DNA of 64,000 nucleotides, taken from the IMG/VR virus record IMGVR_UViG_3300035698_010154, positions 1-64,000 of that record, one strand, 5' to 3'. The position numbers and the translations under genes were made by a program. Source of the DNA: a virus. The notes beneath the pieces were generated by a model that worked only from the letters and a program-made list of their open reading frames with translations, was not told the DNA's origin and ran no database searches. Of this stretch, positions 58,706-64,000 are shown piece after piece. The stretch's first letter is position 1; each line of letters opens with the position of its first letter.

Positions 58706-60013
58706 ATGGGAATAATATATCATTCGGACTGGGATTTATCAGATAAATCTCGAAAAGATACACAACGTCACCGGGAAAAGATTGACGATGCTATCCGTAG
58801 GAATGCTCGTGATGTTATTGGTGAAGAATCAATCATTACTAAAAAAGGCAAGAAGACTGTAAGGATACCAGTAAGAGGATTGAAAGATTATCGTTTTGTT
58901 CATGGCCAAGGCCAAAGTGGTGGGGCTGGTCAAGGTGAGGGTAAGCCAGGTGATACAATTGCTAGACGGCAGAAAGAAGGCAAGGGCAATGGTAAACCAA
59001 AGCCAGGTAATGAAAAGGGTGCTGACTACATGGAAACAGAGGTTGACATTGACTATCTTCTAAAAATCATGTTTGAAGATTTGGGTCTACCTTATATTGA
59101 AGAAAAGACAAAAGCAACACAGGTCATACCTAAGGGCTGGAGATTCAAGGCCATATCGAAGAAGGGTATCCCACCAAGACTGCATAAGAAGAGAACAATG
59201 ATCGAAACAATAAAGAGGAACATTGTTTTGGCTGCCGCGGTGATGGAAGATACAGGATGTGATGAAGAAACAGCCTACAAGGCACTGAACATGTCGTTCT
59301 GTGATCTGAATGACGCCGTTATGATAATTAGAGAAGATAGAGTCGATCCTGATGCATCGACAGATTTAGTCATAACAGATGATGATATGAGGTTCAAGAA
59401 AATCGAACAGATCATAGAGCATCATTCAAACGCAGTTGTTATTGCCATGATGGATGTATCTGGCTCTATGGATAGACGAAAGAAGTATCTTTGTCGAAGT
59501 CTGTTATTCTGGATGACTGAATTTCTAAAGAAAACATACGAGCATGTTCAAATAAGGTTCATACAACATACCACAGAGGCTCAAGTTGTTGATGAGGATT
59601 CATTTTTCAATAAGGGTGAAAGTGGTGGTACTTATTGTTATTCAGCATTTGAATTGGCTAACTATATGATCGATACAGAGTATCCAATAAACGAGTGGAA
59701 CGTGTATTGTGTATACTGTGGTGATGGTGAAGATTTTGATTCCGATAAAACAGTATCACACATACAAAAAATGCTAGATAAAAAAATTAACATGCTGAGT
59801 TATATTGAAATACTTATTCATGGTGATTATGGATATGGCGGATCTTTGTTAAATAAGATCAAATCGAAATGGAAGTTCAAAACTACAAGAATAAAGAGAA
59901 CAGATTTCTTGAAAAATGAAGAGTTGAGATTTTTGTGTTCTGTAATCAAGGACAAATCTCACATTTGGCCGTGCCTGAAACATATGCTTTTTAAAAAGAA
60001 AGGTAGTAAATAA
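58706..60013 (+). CDS. yeaH: YeaH/YhbH (DUF444) vWA-domain protein
   Basis: D..RH..K...AI, IP.RGL..YRF, Gly-rich linker, FEDL.LP, DD.RF, MMDVSGSM, ESGGT, DGE. Confidence 0.9.
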   Translation: MGIIYHSDWDLSDKSRKDTQRHREKIDDAIRRNARDVIGEESIITKKGKKTVRIPVRGLKDYRFVHGQGQSGGAGQGEGKPGDTIARRQKEGKGNGKPKPGNEKGADYMETEVDIDYLLKIMFEDLGLPYIEEKTKATQVIPKGWRFKAISKKGIPPRLHKKRTMIETIKRNIVLAAAVMEDTGCDEETAYKALNMSFCDLNDAVMIIREDRVDPDASTDLVITDDDMRFKKIEQIIEHHSNAVVIAMMDVSGSMDRRKKYLCRSLLFWMTEFLKKTYEHVQIRFIQHTTEAQVVDEDSFFNKGESGGTYCYSAFELANYMIDTEYPINEWNVYCVYCGDGEDFDSDKTVSHIQKMLDKKINMLSYIEILIHGDYGYGGSLLNKIKSKWKFKTTRIKRTDFLKNEELRFLCSVIKDKSHIWPCLKHMLFKKKGSK

Positions 60014-60015
60014 TT

Positions 60016-62595
60016 ATGAATAAATCTGAGATGAATAGATTGATAAAAGTTGAAGACAAGATCTACCAAATTGCTGATGAAATGAATTTGGAATATGTTC
60101 CCATTGAGTTTGACATCGTTCCGAATAAAAAAATGATGGAACTCATGGCATACATAATGCCAGGTAACATCAGCAATTGGAAATATGGTAGGGATTATGA
60201 AAAGATCCGCACAAGATATGAGAAATCTGACAATAATCTGCCTCTTGAAATGGTTGTAAATACTGACCCTTCAAGAGCATATTTAATGAAAGACAATACA
60301 TTCGCCATTCAGGCACTTGTAATGGCTCATGTTGTAGGTCATGTTGCCTATTTCACAATGAATAGGCACTTTACACCTACTGATAAAGAAATCATAACAG
60401 TACTTACAGAGGCATCAAAGAGATTTAACAAGTATGAAAGAATGTATGGTATTGATATAGTAGAAAAAACCATTGATGCCGCACATTCAATTATGTTTCA
60501 CTCTTCACCATTTGATATGGAACTGGAAAGTGAAAAGCGTGAACGTATCTTCAAACAGTTGAAAAGAAAGTTCACTTCAACTGGTAATTCAGAGTTTGAG
60601 GATTTGATACCTTCGAACAAGCATAAGATTGAGGAAGATATAGAACTATTCAATAGAAATCTATGGATGAAATTAAGAGGACAATCACCTGTAGAACCAA
60701 CAGAAGATCTATTGAGATACATAATTGATAACTCAAGAGCATTGGATGATTGGCAAAAAGACGTTTGTGAGATGATAAGGCAATTAGGTATATACTTCTG
60801 GCCCCAAATGAGAAGTAAATACTCAAATGAAGGTTTTGCTTGTGTTGTTCCGAATTCGCTTGTCATGACTGAAAATGGATTTGTAGAAATAGAACAAGCT
60901 GTTGAATATTGTAATAAAGTTGTTGGTATAAACGGCAGTCTAACAGAAATAAAGAATAGGTATGCTACAGATAAAATAAAGACTATTAAGATAGAAACAA
61001 ATAGTGGTCTTATTCTTGAAGGTGCCGAATTACATAGAATTCTAGTAAGTGATAATGGTGAAAAAGTAGATAAACATCTAAAAGATATAAAAATTGGTGA
61101 TGAGGTTTTTATGTCAGTTGGTACAAATATATGGCCAGAAAAACAGGTAGAAATATCAGAAATAGATTCTATACTACAGAGACATCAATTTTCACGGACA
61201 CAAAAAGTTACAATACCTAATAAAGTGAGTGATGATTTATCATATTTTATGGGTTCTATAACAGCAGAGGGTACAATTCTGGATAGAGGTGTTTCTTTCA
61301 CAAATCAAAATGATTTATATTTAAAGGATATTCAAGAAATAGTAAAAAATGAATTTGATAAAGATGTAAATATAATACAGAGAAAGGATAGCAATACAAA
61401 AGATATAAAAGTATATTCAACACCAGTATTAGATTTCTTATTCCAATGTGGATTGACTAATAGTAAAAGTAATGGAAAACAGATACCTTGGTCTATTTTA
61501 CAAAGCCCAAAGTCAGTAATGTCAAATTTTATTGCAGGATTTTTTGATGGTGATGGATGTGTGTATTATGATGGTAGATATGCGAGATCTTGTATATTTA
61601 CAAGCAAATCAAAAAAAATGATAAGACAACTAGCTATAGTATTATTAAATTATGGTATTGTTGGAAAATTTGCAATAAATAAAAAAGAAGGATATGACGA
61701 CTGTTATCAATTTGTTATAGCAAAAGGTGAATGTTTAAAGATATTTTATAATGAAATACCATTCAGAGATAATAAAAAAAGACTTCTCCTAAAGAAAGCA
61801 ATTGATTCAATTAAATGGACATATCCAATAAAAGATACTTGTAAAGTTATTAGTAAGAAATATGGTAAATCAATAAACTATGATTGGAGTATACCTGATG
61901 GAAAACATTATGTGGCTCAAGGATTTATAAATCACAATACGTATACTCACGAAAAGATCATGTGGCGATTGTTCCAAGATGGTCTTTTAAATAAATCAGA
62001 TCATGCTCAGTATAACTACTCCAATTCACTTGTAAAAGCCAAAAGTCCATTGTCATTGAACCCATACCTAGTAGGCTCTAAGATATGGGAAGACATCGAA
62101 GATAGATGGGATAAGGGACGATATGGTAGAGAGTATGAGAACGTAACTAGTATCAAGGAACGTGACAATTGGGACACGAAGGCTGGTAAGGGCCAGGAAA
62201 AGGTTTATGAAGTATTAAGAACTTGCCAAGATTGGTTCTTTATGAAAGAGTTCCTAACACCCGATCTTGTGAATGATATGGACTTGTATATATATGCCAT
62301 AAAAGATACTAATATCACTGAAGACTTCGTTGTTACGCGGCACAAGGCAAAAGAGATCGCCGAGTTGATTTCAAATAGTTTCGTTCACAATGGAATCCCA
62401 AAGATTCAGATTATAGATGGCGGTAATGATGGGAAAATGCGAATAGAGCATGCATATGCAGGTGTACCATTGGAACCAACATACTGCAAGGAAACATTAA
62501 AACACATGCATTTCTTGTGGGGCGGTGATATCACATTGAAAACAAATGATGGGATAAAGGAAATGTTCTATACAGCAGCAAAGAAAGGGTCATGA
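60016..62595 (+). CDS. spoVR: SpoVR/YcgB family protein with intein
   Basis: W.YG..Y, E.V.N.DP..AYL..N, LVMAHV.GH..YF, L.DWQ, YFWPQ...K..NEG, NPY..G. Confidence 0.92.
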   Translation: MNKSEMNRLIKVEDKIYQIADEMNLEYVPIEFDIVPNKKMMELMAYIMPGNISNWKYGRDYEKIRTRYEKSDNNLPLEMVVNTDPSRAYLMKDNTFAIQALVMAHVVGHVAYFTMNRHFTPTDKEIITVLTEASKRFNKYERMYGIDIVEKTIDAAHSIMFHSSPFDMELESEKRERIFKQLKRKFTSTGNSEFEDLIPSNKHKIEEDIELFNRNLWMKLRGQSPVEPTEDLLRYIIDNSRALDDWQKDVCEMIRQLGIYFWPQMRSKYSNEGFACVVPNSLVMTENGFVEIEQAVEYCNKVVGINGSLTEIKNRYATDKIKTIKIETNSGLILEGAELHRILVSDNGEKVDKHLKDIKIGDEVFMSVGTNIWPEKQVEISEIDSILQRHQFSRTQKVTIPNKVSDDLSYFMGSITAEGTILDRGVSFTNQNDLYLKDIQEIVKNEFDKDVNIIQRKDSNTKDIKVYSTPVLDFLFQCGLTNSKSNGKQIPWSILQSPKSVMSNFIAGFFDGDGCVYYDGRYARSCIFTSKSKKMIRQLAIVLLNYGIVGKFAINKKEGYDDCYQFVIAKGECLKIFYNEIPFRDNKKRLLLKKAIDSIKWTYPIKDTCKVISKKYGKSINYDWSIPDGKHYVAQGFINHNTYTHEKIMWRLFQDGLLNKSDHAQYNYSNSLVKAKSPLSLNPYLVGSKIWEDIEDRWDKGRYGREYENVTSIKERDNWDTKAGKGQEKVYEVLRTCQDWFFMKEFLTPDLVNDMDLYIYAIKDTNITEDFVVTRHKAKEIAELISNSFVHNGIPKIQIIDGGNDGKMRIEHAYAGVPLEPTYCKETLKHMHFLWGGDITLKTNDGIKEMFYTAAKKGS
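60841..61938 (+). mobile_element. LAGLIDADG intein (366 aa, Cys1, Thr+1) in SpoVR
   Basis: NEGFA|CVVPNSLV...GAELHR...GSITAEG...AGFFDGDG...GFINHN|TYTH. Confidence 0.92.
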
Positions 62596-62625
62596 TAGAG
62601 AGAATAATAATATTAAATAGGTAAT

Positions 62626-62658
62626 AAAGGGGCGGATAATAAAAATCTGCCCTTTTTT
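62626..62658 (+). terminator. Rho-independent terminator after spoVR
   Basis: AAAGGGGCGGAT-loop-ATCTGCCCTTTTTT. Confidence 0.8.
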
Positions 62659-62692
62659 ATGCTCAAGGTTGTATAAATAAGTATAAGTAATT

Positions 62693-63286
62693 ATGGATAC
62701 AAAAGACCAATATATAGCAGCTAAAAAACGGTTCAGATCAACCACACATGGTTCTATGGGTATTCTTATGGAGAAGTATTCCGTGGAAAGAATGGTTGAG
62801 ATAGGACTATATAAGTGCAGAGCCGCCAAAGAACTACTGAGAAGGTATGATCACATTCTTGATGAATATTGGGGTGTAGACTTTTATCTTGAGCAAGAGT
62901 GGAGTATAGCAAGAGGACTATACCAGAAAGATTGGAATGATCTATATGGCTGGGCCTGTTATTTTATGATGTTCTTCAAAAGCTTTAGAGTACTGAATAT
63001 GTCGAGCAAAGAAGCATCGGATAACTTTAAGTCGAGGGCGAAGTTTCCTGACTGGGTTCCATTTGACATGGTGTTCATTGATGCCGCGCATGATAAAGAT
63101 TCTGTGAAGGAAGATATAGGATTGTGGATTGACTTGATCAAGCCAGGTGGTATCATATCTGGTCATGATTATGGCCAAGGCAGGCATCCAGAAACAGAGA
63201 CAGCCGTTGATGAAATGCTAGGCAAAGAGAACATAAAAACATTACCAGGATTTGTATGGTACATGGAGATACGTAATGAAGTTTAA
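62693..63286 (+). CDS. Class I SAM-dependent methyltransferase (Methyltransf_24-like)
   Basis: VEIG, GVD, FDMVFIDAAH....V..DI..W...IKPGG.ISGHDY; late promoter 62672-62679. Confidence 0.85.
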   Translation: MDTKDQYIAAKKRFRSTTHGSMGILMEKYSVERMVEIGLYKCRAAKELLRRYDHILDEYWGVDFYLEQEWSIARGLYQKDWNDLYGWACYFMMFFKSFRVLNMSSKEASDNFKSRAKFPDWVPFDMVFIDAAHDKDSVKEDIGLWIDLIKPGGIISGHDYGQGRHPETETAVDEMLGKENIKTLPGFVWYMEIRNEV

Positions 63287-63911
63287 AGAATACATAAATG
63301 AAGTCGATTTGGATTTCTCATCATCTTTGAGTTTTATAATTGATGATGATGTGGTTGATGCTTTATCTAAAAAGCTAAAGAAAGAATGTGCTCCATATCT
63401 CAAGGAAATGGGAAAGGGGCGTAAAGAAAATTGGTTATATAGAGCAACAGAGCATCAATTTGATATTTTTAAGAAATTCACACCTCGAACAAACAGAAAA
63501 CCACGTAATACGCCAATTGAAATTCATACAATGATGAATGATTTATTCAAAAAGAAATTTGGCTGGAAGGCAAGAAGCGAAGGAGTGTTTGCCTCTAGTG
63601 ATATAGCTCAATTGGAATATGTATACGGTGATCCATATATGTTCTTCCCTATAGGTAGTTATAAATATATTTATCATCCTACCATAAGAGATATATTCAT
63701 GGATATGGACAATGGAAAAATAATTAATGCATATGGATATGATGAAGAATTAGCAACAAAATACTTAAATAAAAATATACCAAAATATAAAGACAATAAC
63801 CTACATCTAGCATACAAGAATGGTGTAGAAGTAGCATTTAAATGTAAATCATATTATCTGGTTAGAAGATTATATGAGGATGCATTGAAAAAAGAGTGGG
63901 GAATGGTGTAA
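63276..63911 (+). CDS. Putative ADP-ribosyltransferase-fold protein, paralog C
   Basis: GGAG RBS, MKFKEYINE tag; LYRA...RTNRKPRNT...H...KFGWKARSEGVFASS...YG.P..FFPIG...EVAF. Confidence 0.55.
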   Translation: MKFKEYINEVDLDFSSSLSFIIDDDVVDALSKKLKKECAPYLKEMGKGRKENWLYRATEHQFDIFKKFTPRTNRKPRNTPIEIHTMMNDLFKKKFGWKARSEGVFASSDIAQLEYVYGDPYMFFPIGSYKYIYHPTIRDIFMDMDNGKIINAYGYDEELATKYLNKNIPKYKDNNLHLAYKNGVEVAFKCKSYYLVRRLYEDALKKEWGMV

Positions 63912-63914
63912 CTA

Positions 63915-64000
63915 ATGGCAATAAAATATGACTCTGTTTTTGTAAAACGCCCGGATGTAGAAATAGAATATACTCCAGAACATATTTCAGAATTACATAA
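63915..64000 (+). CDS. gp17: Terminase large subunit gp17, N-terminus (partial)
   Basis: MAIKYDSVFVKRPDVEIEYTPEHISEL matches the T4-like TerL start (KR....EYT.E.I.E). Confidence 0.6.
   Translation, partial: MAIKYDSVFVKRPDVEIEYTPEHISELH

Noticed and set aside
56178-61938. Both inteins being exactly 366 aa as sign of duplication
   Set aside because: Sequences are not visibly similar beyond generic intein motifs; treated as coincidence.
1-64000. tRNA/rRNA genes and the many short antisense ORFs in the track
   Set aside because: No cloverleaf/T-loop signatures recognised by eye; antisense ORFs overlap well-supported genes and lack RBSs.

Overview
A 64 kb, AT-rich segment of a large T4-like (Tevenvirinae/Kyanoviridae-style architecture) myophage genome; no tRNA, rRNA or CRISPR was recognised. 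In order: a Ser-linker-rich virion-type protein running off the left end; a cluster of small late proteins that share a T4 internal-protein-like N-terminal tag (including an Acb1-like 2H phosphoesterase and ADP-ribosyltransferase-like paralogs); gp4, gp2, and the portal (mini-intein); tail tube and baseplate genes interrupted by a 2.4 kb non-coding multi-family repeat region (origin candidate) and small early genes; five fibre/receptor-binding paralogs with a common N-terminal anchor; late sigma gp55, gp47, and a gp46 gene fractured by a naturally, atypically split intein with a decayed endonuclease between the halves; UvsX/RecA; sugar-modifying genes; a higher-GC island; and a prkA(yeaG)-yeaH-spoVR(ycgB) operon with two LAGLIDADG inteins inserted between terS and terL. 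The best candidates for new biology are the 24-aa/122-aa split intein in gp46, the tagged capsid-cargo effector set, the late-expressed prkA operon and the repeat region. All family assignments come from motif recognition by eye, not database searches.
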